A stretch of 64,000 nt of DNA from an uncultured delta proteobacterium. Lineage in GTDB: Bacteria > Myxococcota > Myxococcia > Myxococcales > Anaeromyxobacteraceae. The notes beneath the pieces are model-generated. The model was not told the DNA's origin and ran no database searches. It saw only the letters and a list, made by a program, of their open reading frames with translations. The position numbers were made by a program, and so were the translations under genes. Below, one piece after another: positions 63,859 to 64,000 of the stretch; position 1 is the stretch's first letter, and every line of letters begins with the position of its first letter. The DNA is taken from positions 470,781-534,780 of the forward strand of contig CAWFDF010000012.1 of NCBI GenBank assembly GCA_963814585.1, in the 5' to 3' direction.

Positions 63859-64000
63859 GCCCGCCTGGCCCGCGCCTGCCGCTGGCCCGGCTGATCGCCG
63901 CCGCGCGGCGCGCCCGGACCCGGGCCCACGCCCCCTACAGCCGGTTCCAGGTCGGCGCCGCGGCGCTGGCCGGGCGCGCCATCCACGCCGGCTGCAACGT
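63855..64000 (+). CDS. cdd: Cytidine deaminase (runs off the window end)
   Basis: GTG 63855; AHAPYSRFQVGAA...GCNV. Confidence 0.85.
   Translation, partial: MSPPGPRLPLARLIAAARRARTRAHAPYSRFQVGAAALAGRAIHAGCN

Overview
Very GC-rich bacterial DNA. Gene content (frz chemosensory cluster, eukaryote-like citrate synthase, TSP3-repeat OmpA, PilZ protein) points to a myxobacterium, probably Anaeromyxobacter-like (inference). In order: GAF/OmpA/PspC genes; gltA; a PafB/PafC-like WYL regulator pair with a PafBC-type promoter motif in front of a nearby Zn-finger gene; two large lipoproteins; argC-argJ/argB(fused)-argR; tRNA-Leu(CAG); dsbD-like gene; iscS-iscU-hscB-hscA; a ~25 kb osmotic/salt-stress and trehalose block; frzZ and frzABCDEGF; and a nucleoside-salvage operon. 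The stress block holds ClC, two MscS-related genes, malQ, treS, a P-type ATPase, antiporters, two USPs, a MASE1 two-component system, a membrane-anchored OtsA, an OtsB-MarR fusion and a KimA-like transporter. Two apparently identical 179-bp rod-like inverted-repeat elements lie 29.7 kb apart. iscS and frzE carry single-base indels that look like sequencing errors. Best leads: (1) a sensor-type membrane OtsA plus OtsB-MarR fusion, a possible trehalose-6-phosphate signalling circuit; (2) a non-actinobacterial PafBC system with a candidate target promoter; (3) the 179-bp palindromic element. All calls come from reading the sequence by eye; no database searches were run.
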